Assembly: GCF_030028105.1 (NCBI RefSeq)
Contig: NC_092373.1
Span: 174,445,556 to 174,509,555 of the forward strand
Reading direction: 5' to 3'
Source of the DNA: Mobula birostris
Taxonomy: Eukaryota
DNA length: 64,000 bases
Shown here: piece after piece, positions 11,666 to 24,369 of the stretch
How the letters are laid out: every line of letters begins with the position of its first letter
How positions within the stretch are numbered: the stretch's first letter is position 1
The notes under the pieces: generated by a model
Databases searched by the model: none
Seen by the model: the letters and a program-made list of their open reading frames with translations, nothing else
Told to the model about the DNA's origin: nothing
Translations under genes and position numbers: made by a program

Positions 11666-12064
11666 GGAGACAAAGTGAGGATACAAGATAAAAGGAACAC
11701 ATGGACACAGACCAGATCATACATGATCCAGACAGAGGAGGGAGCGGTGTTAAGAAAGAATCGCAAAGGCTTTAAGAAAGAGCCAACTTCAGAGTTTCAG
11801 TTATCTGATATAGATGAGTTTTGATTAACATTGTTAATTGTTTTTCTTTTTAAGGAAAGATAGATGTGGTGATATCACGTGCAATGATGTGCCAGTACAT
11901 GATTGGATAGAGCACTGAGCATACGCGGGATTGCCAGAATGTTCCAGCACGTGGCTGGGTTAAGACGTGTTTGTTTATTACCGTAAATAAAAGTTCTCTA
12001 ATTCTTCCAGAATATGATTCATTACTGTTAACTCAAGGTATGTTTAAACAGAAGTAACATAACA

Positions 12065-12485
12065 GACACCCTGACTAATCAAGAACCAATCAACCGCTGC
12101 TTTAATGACTTGGCCTTCACAGTTATCTGTGGCAATGAATTCCACAGACTTACCACCTTCTGACTAAAGTAATTCTTCCTCATCTCTGTTCTACATGGAC
12201 ATCCTTCTATTCTGAGGCTGTGCCCTGTTGACCTGGACGCTCCCACTATTTGAAACATCCTCTCCACGTCCACTCTATCTAGGTCTTTCACTATTCTGTG
12301 GTTTTCAATGAGATCCTCCCTCAGTCTTTTAAACTCCAGTGAATACAGGCTTAGAGCTATAAAACACTCATCATACATTAACCCTTTCATTCACGGGATC
12401 ATTGTTGTAAAACTCCTCTGGACCCTCTCCAATGCCAGCACATCTCATAGATAAGGGGCTCAAAACTACCCACAATACTCTAAAT
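12065..12485 (-). mobile_element. CR1 3' fragment, right half (continuation of 5085-5207)
   Basis: ORF 12079-12390 LYSLEFKRLREDLIE...RGHS-like...FSQKVVSLWNSLP is the CR1 ORF2 C-terminus. Confidence 0.8.
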
Positions 12486-14499
12486 TGGAAGGTTACAAGG
12501 GAAGAGCAGCGGAATGGAAATAATGGAGTTTATGCAAATAGTATCTTTTTGTGCCATAATAATTCTACAGTTCTGTAAAAAGTCTGTAACATTGATCATC
12601 TGGCAATTTCATAAACATCATAGTGGCCATATCTGCAGTTTGCAAATTAACTGTAGTGACCTTAAACGAGCAGGTAGATGTATATCAGAGTCAGTTTATG
12701 GCTCAAGTCCAGAAGCGATCAAGTTTAATGAGAGAACCAAAGGCTTTGCAAATTTAAAATGTAAGAAACAGACAGAGAGAAAGGTGGAGGCAGGCTAGGT
12801 GAAGGACAGAGGCAGACAGGGAGATGGAAGCAAGTGGGGGTGGGCGACAGAGACAGACAGAGGCAGACAGAAATGAAATGTATTTGCTGAAGTTTAACCA
12901 TGTCCTTTCTTCTCTGACCCCTTGTGGTTTATGAATATCCACAAGTATGTTGTTCACAACATAGTCATAAATACAGGCTCCATGTGTCTGGGTTGGTAGC
13001 CAGGGCTTTGGAAATAATAGCCTGAAGCAATTGAGTCAAAAACCATTAAGAATACTTTAAGCAAATAAACAGAGACCATAATTGGAAACGCTACTGTGTA
13101 ACTCAAAGATTGTTTATTTACAAACAATATTTCACATTACTATGTGGTTAGATGGTTTCAACAGAACTATAAATGTAGAAATTTTAAAGACTGCATTTTC
13201 ACATTTGAAATGCAACCCCATTTTGAATATTTAATTCCATTGAAACCCACTTCCCATCAGAAAACCCATTGAAACTACTGAAATTGTCCTCAACCATTGG
13301 AATATAATTCATAATTGTGATTTTATAACATTAAAATTCTATTGAATAGCCACTGCAGATGCCAGACAAAGTGTGCGAGAAGGATTTACGTCCCATTTGC
13401 TAAAGCCAGGAGGGGATGTTTGTGTGAGAAGCTGCCTTGGAGTAAAGGAGAAACTTAATATCAGCTGTTTAAGGATACTGAGGTTTTACCTTAAACGTAC
13501 GATCTCCCAGATACAAAGGCACTGCAGTTAGATAAAGGTCAGTCACCAGCAAATGTCAACAGGACCACTGCAATAGAGATGCAGTTAAGGAAGGGTGACC
13601 AGGTCAAGTCACCAAAACTCACATTCATTGGTTCAGCCCCAACCCCAAGGATGTCATGAGTAAATGTGGTTTCAACTCATAGTGTCAAGAGCTAAAGAGA
13701 AAGGGAGAGAAATTGCACTAACAGCTGTCATATTAAGATTACCAGGTTACCATAACAAATAAAAGCTTAAGCTTTTATTTGTTAACGTTATGGAATAAAG
13801 CATTCTGTTTTTTTTATTAAACTCCCTAATCAAGACTTCTGCACAATTGTGGTTGCTCAGTTACTAACTAGTTGTAAACATGGACAGACAGGAAAAGACA
13901 CCATTCCAACTGGGTCCACTGAGAATCTTCACAGGTATTAGGGACTCCATCATGGCCAAGAATGGTGAATCAAAATTTAGTTAGTGGTAATTTGGTTTAT
14001 TACTGTCACATGTTCCAAGATACAGTGATAAACTTTGTTTTGCATGCCATCCTTATAGATTATTCCATTACATCAGTGCACTGATGTGGTACAAGGGAAA
14101 ATGGAAAACAGAGTGCAGAATAAAGAGTTACAGTTCCAAAGAAAGAGTAGTGCAGATAAACAATAAGGTGCAAGTCCATATCAAGGTAGATTGTCAGGTC
14201 ATGAGTCCATTTTTATCATACTAGGGCAGTGTTCAAAAGTCTTATGACAGCCGAATAGAAGCTGTCCTTGAACATGGTGGCAAGTGCTTTCAGGCATCTT
14301 ATATCTTGCATCACACCTATCTTAATCTACAAATTGTGAGGCATTTCATTTTACGTTAAGTACAGTTAGCTGTTACTAGACTGTCATTATAACTTAGTAA
14401 CTTCTGTCTCACAAAGCACAGAGTATAGGAAACAAGACAATTCCACATCTTTATGATTGATAATTAACAAGCTGTTGAACAAATAACCCAGTCAACAGT

Positions 14500-17390
14500 G
14501 GGAGAAAGTACGAAAGGGAGGATAGGCAAGTGATAGAGAAGGGACGCGCTCAGACCGATGGTTTGGGATGTGTCTATTTTAATGCGAGGAGTATTATGAA
14601 CAAAGCTGATGAGCTTACAGCGTGGATCAGCAGTTGATGTTGACTTGGATGGTGCAAAGGCAGGAATGGCTACTTTAAGTGCCAGGCTTTAGATGTTTCA
14701 GAAAGGACAGGGAGGGAGGCAAGAGTGGTGGGGGCGTGACACAGTTGATCAGGGATAGTGTCACAGCTGCAGAAAAGGAGGAAGTCATGTAGGGGTTGTC
14801 TACGGAGTCTCTGTGGGTGGAAGTTAGGAATAGGAAGGGGTCAATAACTCTACTGGGTATTTTTTATGGACCACCCAAAAGTAACAGGGACATCAAGGAG
14901 CAGATAGGGATTCAGATTCTGCAAAGGTGTAATAATAACAGGGTTGTTGTGCTGGGAGATTTTAATTTCCCAAATATTGATTGGCGTCTTCCCTAGAGTG
15001 AGGGGGTTTAGATGGGATGGAGTTGTTAGGTATGTTCAGGAAGGTTTCTTGACACAATATGTAGATAAGCCTACAAGAGGAGGCTGTACTTGATCTGGTA
15101 TTGGAAAATGAACCTGGTTAAGTGTCAGGTCTCAAGGTGGGAGAGTATTTTGGAGATAGTGACACAATTCTATCTCCTTTACCATAGCATTGGAGAGGGA
15201 TAGGAAAAGACAAGTTAGGGAAATGTTTAATTGGAGTAAGGGGAAATATGATGCTATCAAGAAGGAACTTGGAAGCATAAATTGGAAACAGATGCTCTCA
15301 GGGAAACGTACGGAAGAAATGTGGCAAATGTTCACGGGATATTTAAGTGGGGTTCTGCATAGGTATGTTCCAATGAGACAGGGAAAGGGTGGTAGGGTAC
15401 AGGAGCCATGGCGAACAAAGGCTGTTGTAAATCTAGTCAAGAAGAAAAGAAGAGCTTACGAAAGGTTCAAAAAACTAGGTAATGATAAAGATCTAGAAGA
15501 TTATAAGGCTAGCAGGAAGGAGCTTAGAATGAAATTAGGAGAGCGAGAAGGGGCCATGAGAAGGCCTTGGCAGACAGGATTAAGAAAAATCCCAAGGCAT
15601 TCTACAAGTATGTGAAGAGCAAGAGGATAAGACGTGAGAGAATAGGACCAATCAAGTGTGACAGTGGAAAAGTGTGTATGGAACCAGAGGAGAAAGCAGA
15701 GGTACTTATTGAATACTTTGCTTTAGTATTCACTTATGGAAAAGGATCTTGGCGATTGTAGGGATGTCTTGCAGCGGACTGAAAAGCTTGAGCATGTAGA
15801 TATTAAGGAAGAGGATGTGCTGGAGCTTTTGGAAAGCATCAAGTTGGATAAGTCACCGGGACTGGACGGGATATACCCCAGGTTACTGTGGGAAGCAAGG
15901 GAGGAGATTGCTGAGCCTCTGCCGATGATCTTTGCATCATCAATGAGGGCGAGAGAGGCTCTGGAGGATTGGAGAGTTGCAGTTGTTGTTCCCTTATTCA
16001 AGAAAGGGAGTAGAGATAGCTCAGGAAATTATAGACCTGTGAGTCTTACTTCAGTGGTTGGTAAGTTGATGGAGAAGATCCTGAGAGACAGGATTTATGA
16101 ACATTTAGAGAGGCATAATTTGACTAGGAATAGTCAGCATGGCTTTGTCAAAGGCAGGTCATGCCTTACGAGCCTGATTGAATTTTTTGAGGATGTGACT
16201 AAACACATGATGAAAGTACAGCCATAGATGTAGTGTATATGGATTTCAGCAAGGCAGTTGATAAGGTACCCTATGCAAGGCTTATTAAGAAAGTAAGGAG
16301 GCATGGGATCCAGGGGGACATTGCTTTGGGGATCCAGAAATGGCTTGCCCACAGAAGGCAGAGGGTGATTGTAGGTGTGTCATATTCTGCATGGAGATTG
16401 GTGACCAGTGGTGTGCCTCAAGGGTCTGTTCTGGGACCCCTGTTCGTGATTTTTATAAATGACCTGGATGAGGAAGTGGAGGGATGGGGTAGCAAATTTG
16501 CTGATGACACGAAGGTTGGGGTGCTGTGGATAGTGTGGAGGACTGTGAGAGGTTAAAGCAGGATATTGATAGGATGCAAAACTGGGCTGAGAAGTGGCAG
16601 ATGGAGTTCAACCCAGGTAAGTGTGAGGTGGTTTATTTTGGGAGGTCAAATATGATGGCAGAATATAGCATTAATGGTAAAACACTTGGCAGTGTGGAGG
16701 ATCAGAGGGATCTGAGTCCATAGGACACTCAAAGCTGCTACACAGGTTGACTCTGTGGTTAAAAGAAGGCCTTCATTAACCGTGGGATTGAATTTAAGAA
16801 CTGAGAGGTAATGTTGCAGCTTTATATGACCCTGGTCAGACCCCACTTGGAGTACTGTGCTCAATTCTGGTCGCCTCACTACAGGAAGGACGTGGAAACC
16901 ACAGAAAGGGTGCAGAGGAGATTTACAAGGATGTTGCCTCGATTGGGGAGCATGCCTTATGAGAACAGGTTGAGTGAACTCGACCTTTTCTCCTTGGAGT
17001 GACGGAGGATGAGAGGTGACCTGATAGAGGTATGCAAGATAATGAGAGGGATTGATCGTGTGGATAGTCAGAGGCTTTTTCCCAGGGCTGAACTGGGGAG
17101 TACGATAGGGCATAGTTTTAGGGTGCTTGGAAGTAGGTACAAAGGAGATGCCAGGGGTAAGTTTTTTACGCAGAGAGAGGTCAGTGCTTGGAATGGGTTG
17201 CCAGCGGCGGTGGTGGAGGCGGAAACGATAAGGTCTTTTAAGAGACTCCTGGATAGGTACATAGAGCTTAGAAAAATAGAGGGCTGTGGGTAAGCCTAGG
17301 TAGTTCTAAGGTAAGGACTTGTTCGACACAGCTTTGTGGGCCAAAGGGCCTGTATTGTGCTATAGGTTTTCTATGTTTCTGTGTTTCTAA
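14500..17390 (+). mobile_element. CR1 LINE, near-complete degenerate ORF2 (APE endonuclease + RT) and 3' tail
   Basis: [62 protein letters not shown]; tail tttctatgtttctgtgtttcta. Confidence 0.92.
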
Positions 17391-17784
17391 CTGTGACCAA
17401 CAGTTATAGAAATGGAAGGGGTTGATGGCTGTGATCTATAGGAGAGTGTGGTACCTGAGACATGGGGCAGGTGGTTAGAGACCCCAGTATAATGTCATAT
17501 TTTTGATAGAGTGAGAATTTCTTTGTTGGAGCTTTGCATTCATTAAAAATAAACATTGATAATAGAGTTTGCAAGTTATATCATGAGGGGAAAATTTGGA
17601 GACACAGAAACTGCAGGTGCTGGAATATGGAGCAACAAACAAAATGCTGAGGAGCTCAGTAAGTCAGGCAACATTTGAGGAGGGAAATAGGTGGTCAATG
17701 TTTCGAGTGAAGACCCTCTATTAGGACTCAAAGACAAAGCAGAGATAACTAGATAAAGATGTGGACAGGAAAGTGTGAGATGTT

Positions 17785-18670
17785 GCATTTTGGGAGATCA
17801 AATGTATAGGGAAAGCACACTATTAATGGCAGGACCCTTAACAGTGTTAATGTACAGAGGGATCTTGGGGACTAGGTCAATAGCTCCCCAAAAGTAGCTG
17901 TACAGGTTAATAAGGTGATAGTGAGGCATATGGCATGCTTCACTTTATTAGCTGAAGCATTGAGTTCAAGAGTCAGGAAGTTAAATTGCAGCTTTATAAC
18001 ACTCTGGTTAGGTCAAACCTGGAGTATTACATTCAATTCCAGTCACCCCATTATAGGAAAGACGAGGAGGTTTTAGAGAGGGTGCAGAAAAGGTTTACCA
18101 AGATTCTGTCTGGATTACAGGGCATGTGCTAGAAGAAGTTGGATAAATTTAGGTGCTTTCTCCAGACTGGTAGAGGCTGAGGGGAGACCAGACAGAAGTT
18201 TAGAAGATTATGAAAGGCATAGATAGCTGGTATCTTCCCCCACCCCCCAATCAAAATGTCTAATACATACAATATTTATAACACTGGAGGGCATAAGCTG
18301 AGAAAGAAAGTTGAAAGCAGATGTGCAATGTCAGATTGTTTTTTTTTATACACAGGAGTTCCCAACCTGGGGTCCACAGACCCCTTGTTTAATGGCATTG
18401 GTCTATGGCATAAAAAAAATTGGGAACCCCTGTTTATACACAGGAAAGCAGTGGGTACCTGGAATGTGCTGCCAGTGATCGTAGTGGTAGTGAGATAAAT
18501 AGCGATAGAGGCATTTAAAAGGCTCTTAGATAGGCATATGAATGTGCAGAAAATGGAGGGATATGGACATTGTGTAGGTAGAAGGAATTAGGCATTTAAT
18601 TACTAGTTTAATTAGTTTGGCATATTATCGGCCAAAGGGTCTGTTCCATGCTGTACTGTTCTATACTGTA
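17785..18670 (+). mobile_element. CR1 3' fragment (old), interrupted by a MITE
   Basis: Degenerate copy of the 16640-17380 region. Confidence 0.7.
18353..18432. mobile_element. 80-bp hAT-type MITE
   Basis: TIRs CAGGAGTTCCCAA / TTGGGAACCCCTG; 8-bp TSD TTTATACA on both sides. Confidence 0.85.
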
Positions 18671-20164
18671 TGGAAATGGTGGAGCAAGAACTGGCAAGCA
18701 ATAGGACAGGAGAAATCACACAAGGAGAGAATAAATGGAATTCTGACCCAAGTCAGGGTGAACTGTTGTGAGGGTAAGGAATGAGCTGCCAGCAAAGTAG
18801 TCCATGTGAGCTCGATTTCAACTTTTAAGAGAAGTTTGGATAGGTAAATGGATAGTAGGGATATGGAGGGCTATAGTCCAGGTGCAGGTCAATGAGAGTA
18901 GGCAGGTTAAATGGTATTGGCATGGACTAGATGGGCCAAAGGTCCTGTTTATATGCTGTACTTCTCTATGACTCTAAGCAGTTCGAGTCCTTCATCAGAG
19001 ATATTGAATATATATTCCAGTCTGTTCTTAACTGTGATATTGCAGAGCACAAAACTATAAGTGCAGCTGCCTCTTAAATGAGACTCTATTAAGACTAAGG
19101 CCTCTTTTGCATTACCAGATTAATGCTTTGATAAAAGGAAGCAGCAATCCCCTAAGAATCTAACCTCATGCTTATCACTCAAATGAAAACAAACTGTGCA
19201 TGTTCAATGGAAGATCAAAGTTAACAGAACTGAGGTTGATAGGTTTTGTTGGGCAAGACCATTTCGAGTTAAGAAACCAAGGCAGAGAAATGAGTCAGAA
19301 TAGAGATTAGCTATGAACTGATTGAGTGGTAAAACAAGCTTGAAGGACTGAATGGCTTTCAGTTCTACTGTCTATTTGTGCTACTACCAAATCTTGATCT
19401 ACTAAAGTCTACCCATCTGGATACCATCTTAAAATAATTCACAGTTCTCAAAATTTGTCAAAAATTATTTGCATTAATAAGAATGAGGGTGGTGAGTATA
19501 TGGAATGAGCAGCCAGAAGAAGAGGTTGAGGCAGGAACAAAAGTACTATTTAAGAAGCACTTGGATAGGTACATGAAGGGGTGAGGCTTGGAAGAATATG
19601 GGACGAAGCAGAAAATTTGGGACTAGCTGTCTTATTGCATTTTCTGCTGCACATGAGGGCCTGCGTTACTGGATAGGCTAGGAGTATTTTCCCTGGAACA
19701 TAGGAGGCTGAGGATTGATCTTATAGATAGACATTTGGACAGGTTCATGGATTGGAAAGGTCTAGGGGGATATTGGCCAAATGCAAGCAAAACCTGCAGT
19801 ACATGGATACTTTGATAATAAATACAAACGTTTGTATACTTTGTATCTTTGAGAAAGGCAGCTTGTTCAGCCTGGATGAACAGGGTCAAAGGACATGTTG
19901 CATGCTGAATTTCTCTGTAATCATACCTCATAAATGTCAAGACTTGTGACTATAGCTTGAACAGCTTGCAACTGTACACCTCCTTTAATATAGTAACCTA
20001 TGGCAAAGCATGTGACACAGAGCTTTAATAGCACAGAAGTGAAAGATATATTTAGAGATACTGAAGGCAAATCATAAAGTGTTGCAGCAATGACCACTGA
20101 TAAAACACAAAATCTCAAAACGAGAGGGTTGTTGGGATGGTGGAAAAATGTGGTTTGGTGCAGG

Positions 20165-20970
20165 ACATAGAACACCACACAAGAGCAGACAATTTGGCCC
20201 ACTATATCTAGGTTAATCATGAAGCCAATCTAACTAATCCTATCTGCTTACTTGTGGTTCATATGTCCCCCTTGCCTTGCCTGTTCATATATCAGTGTAA
20301 ATGCTCTCAAATGTTACTATTGTGTCTATTTCCACCGCTATCCCTGGCAGCTGGTTCAAGCAAAACATTTTCTATGTCACAAACTTTGCCTCATAAATTT
20401 TCTCCCTTCTCACCGTAAATCTATGTCTTCAAATACCCTGGGAAAAAGATTCTGACTGTCAACTCTATTTATGCCTCTCAAAATTTTATAAAGTTCCATC
20501 AGGTCACCCCTCAACTTCCAACACTCCAGGAAAACAATGTGTTTGTCCAGCCTCTCCTTATAGCTAATATTTTCTAATCCAGGCAACATCATGAAGAAAC
20601 TTCTGCAGACTCTCCAAAGCCTCCACATCCTTTATGTAATGTGGTGACCAGAACTGCACACAATATTCCACATATAGTCTAAGCAAAGCTTGATACAGCT
20701 GCAACATGACTTCCTGAATTTTCTACTCAAATGCTCTGACCAACAAAGGAAAGTATGCCTTTAGCCTTCTTTACCATCATATCTGGTTGTGTTGTCACTT
20801 TCAGGGAGCTATAAACTCCCACCCCAAGATCCCTTTGTACCACAGTGTTTTCAATGACCCTGCCATTTACTGTGTACTTTTCTTTTACAGTTAACCACGC
20901 CAAGTCCAACAAATTGTACTTGTCTTGATTAAACACCATCTCCCATTTCTCCACCAATATTTGCAACAGC
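20165..20970 (-). mobile_element. CR1 3' fragment
   Basis: ORFs 20410-20628 and 20727-20966 (KLRGDLMELYKILRGI, EKWEMVFNQDK, QRDLGV). Confidence 0.8.
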
Positions 20971-22059
20971 TCTTTCTCCCACTGGCAAGGGTGATGAGTA
21001 AAGGATTTTTAAACAAAATTGAGAATTTAACCCCAAGGACTAGCTGGGTACAGTGGGGGGCACAGCATTGGCATTTTGGATAAGTTCACAGTTATGTTCA
21101 AACGTAATCTATCCCTGTGGATTTAATTGTTCTAGGACTTCAACCCTATAAGCATCAATGTCAGAAATTGAATCTCAATATTGCACTGCCAAAAAAAAGC
21201 ACATTAAATGAAAAGACCTCAATATAATTTTTTGTAAGGAAAGTTCACTGGAGTTGTTAAAATTAAATGACGACTACACTCTTGCTTACAAGAGTAGCCA
21301 GGAAAAATGATTCAGCAGATTCCAGAAGGTACTCCTACTGACCAACAGTGTCTTATACAACAGAAGGGACAAGAGAGTATAACTGGGTTTGAAAACCTGT
21401 GGGCATTGCAATAATGCAGCACGTTTGAGCTTAGAGGGAATATTGGTCAGTCAGCTGCTGATGAACAACTGAATCTTAGACCACAGAGGCATATCCTGCC
21501 TACTTGTCCTCAGTATCACCTGGGACAAGCTTTGCCACTATTCTGGGAAAGCACCAAAAGTGCAGAACCACCAAAGATGGAAGTAAAGAAGCGTACAATG
21601 GGGATAGTAACTGAATAGGGTTGGACATTGCCCAGAGGAACCTCAAGGTTCTACAGAAAGGCGTCATTTTTCCATCACTTCTAGATAAAGAATAAACATA
21701 CTTGCACTTCCCCAGTGTCCCTGCCACGAACACTCTGCCCATGATTGCACTGGTCAGACATCATATTGTCCTTACAGAGACAAGCTCTACTTCAACAATG
21801 AGTACACTATCCAGTATGAACTACTGTATGTAGAGTGGATTCGGAGCATCACTTGCAGGTTAAATCCATGGAGACCACCTACAATACCAGTCTCATCTTA
21901 ACCTGGTTCAGCCATCCCAATCCAAAGCCTAAATCCAGAGAGAAACAAGATTCCAAGAACAAGACATTTTGAAAAAGTCCTGGCAGAAATGACTGTTCCG
22001 AATGCATATTAGATGAAAATGCTAACATCAAGACTTATATTGGATAATTGTATTATGGA

Positions 22060-22710
22060 TTACAGAACCTGGATATAAAAATGCAGTTGTTTCCAATTAA
22101 TTAGGACACATCGGGACCATTACATTTTAGCCCAATTAAGCAATTGCCCAAATTAGCTTAAGTTTCATGGAAATCTTTAAAAAGATATTTAAAAAGACAA
22201 ACTACCATTTAACTGAGTAATAAATTTTTAAATGAAATACCAAATAAATGAGAATACTACAGTACTATAAAACTGTGTATTAGTTCCTAATAGTTATTGA
22301 CTGAGGAATTCAAAAAGATTACGCTGCTGTGTTCTTTTGATAGACTAAATGAACAACATCAACTCAGACACCTAGTGCAGATCATGGACTGCCTTCATAG
22401 CATCCTTTCGACAACTATATCCTCCAAATCTTCATTTACAGGAGGTGATTGTTGATCCCCTCAAATTTTTCATAGTTCCTCACTATTGCAGTAGTGAAAT
22501 CATTTCAATTTCACTCCCGGCTGTTTCTGGCAACTCCAAGCCTAAATGCTTGAAACCACAGTTCTGAATGGTCTTACTCCTTATTTCACTATCAGTGTCA
22601 AAAATCACTGCTTTTTGAACACAAATGCATACAAGTGATGCTACTTAAAAACTGTTCATTCTAAGTACGGAATAGTGTCTAACAGCCACACATGTGCATG
22701 TGCATGGGAC
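22060..22710. mobile_element. Probable Tigger/pogo-like DNA transposon remnant
   Basis: Subterminal-like repeats (ccaattaattaggacac...cccaattaagc...cccaaattagc). No TIR pair or TSD confirmed. Confidence 0.3.
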
Positions 22711-24369
22711 TGACATACATCCAACCAAGTGTGGCATCAATGACTCCTGGTAAAACTGATCAACGGGCAATGTTTAGTCTCATAGCCTCTCACAAAATAT
22801 TTCTGTGGTTACTAGTCCATTGTTGCAATCCCAGAACATCACTGCAAGAGTCCTTGGTCCAACCAACATCAGCTGCTTCATTATTAACTTCTTTTGTTCA
22901 TGAGGTCAGAGGTGGGAATGATCACCAATGATTGCATTGCACTCAGTTCTATCAAGAACTTTTTAGTAAACTAAGCAGCCCATGCTAGATGCACCAGTGC
23001 CTAAGTAATCACTGTTAAGTGTTAAACATAGCCATCGCCAATAAGCGTTTAACCACCTTCCTTTCACATCTCACTGCATTACATTCACCAAGCTTCTTAC
23101 CAGCAACATTCACAGGATCAGTACTAGCCAGATCACCACTAATGTCACAAAACAGCCACATAAATACTGCTGTTCCATAAACCAGCGATTTCCTATGCTC
23201 TCCTCCAAGAATAACTGTTAGAATCAAAACATTGACTGGAAATGATTGAGACGGATATACTTTTGTTGGATAAACACACTGGATCATCAGAGCCAGGGCT
23301 GGTTGTGATATGAGATGGATCACCAATGAGATAACATGATGACAGAAGTTGTTCAGTCAATACCTAACTAGCTTTCTCTTGACCCGACATACCAAGTCTA
23401 AAGCCTGCCTGACCAAATGACTTGAAATGCAATTTTCAAACAGAATGAAACTGGGAAATGTTACAGTGACACAGAATACAAACTTCCAGAAGATTCTCAA
23501 GGTGTGTATGAAAAAATGCTGCACAATGAAAGACATTTTGGTCCACTTGCCTGGGCCTGTACATCTGCAGGTTGAAAGCACTGCTATGCCAGTTGGGTGC
23601 AGAGACGACTGGATTCAAGGACTAGTCAAAGGAAATCAACCCCAACGTCCATATGTGATCTAAATCCAGATCACAATGTAAGTAGCAAAGTTTCTGCCAA
23701 GTGATGAGGCACCACTTAAGATCACACAATTCAACTTATTGCCTCGGGGTGCCAACTGAGCCTCTCCTTTCCCAACAGTCTCCTCTACATTTAACACAAA
23801 GAGCAACACATTTAAACCAGCTCTCTTTGTTCAAAGTTCAAAATAAAATTTATCATCAGAGTACATACATGTCACCACATACAACCCTGAGATTCTTTTT
23901 CTGCAGACATACTTAGCAAATCTATGGAACAGTAACTGTAAACAGGATTTGTAAACTGTAAGCATCAGGAACTGTGTAAATGTAGATAATAAATAGCAAA
24001 AAATAACAAACATGAATTAACAAGATAAAAGAGTCCTGCTGAAAGCTCCTTTGTAAAGCTGCTGAATTTACCCACTGCAGTTCCACACAGCCCATAACAT
24101 GTCAAAGCCACTTCACATGGAAAAGAAAATCTCTTCTCTCTGGTTCTTTTGCTGAATGTCTTAAATTTGTAATTTTGTCATCAACATCCCTGCCACAGCA
24201 AACAGTTTCTCCTCAATTACACTTCCAAAATGTATCATGATTTTGAATTTATATTAAACTTTCTCTGAGATAATAATCCCAGTTACAGCTAGCTACAGAA
24301 CCTCAGTTTGGTAACAAAGGAGTCAGAACAAATTGGCAAGTCATCAATTCAAATACCATCAGACATAAA

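Larger units (their letters stand above)
5208..12064 (+). mobile_element. LTR element A: non-autonomous Ty3/Gypsy (Mag/Barthez-like gag-protease) with 200-bp LTRs, carrying captured host sequence and two nested insertions
   Basis: 5' LTR = 5208-5323 + 9541-9624; 3' LTR = 11865-12064; TG...CA ends with about 10 mismatches in 200 by eye. TSD GACAC at 5203-5207 and 12065-12069. PBS-like TGGTGTCAGAA at 9625; PPT aaggaaagataga before 11865. Gag DSLIKDRFVCGIRDNALRERLLRE, CCHC-like knuckles, protease FKFDTG. Confidence 0.92.

Noticed and set aside
11363-11824. env-like gene in element A
   Set aside because: No signal peptide, fusion peptide or transmembrane segment; explained by host coiled coils plus integrase tail.
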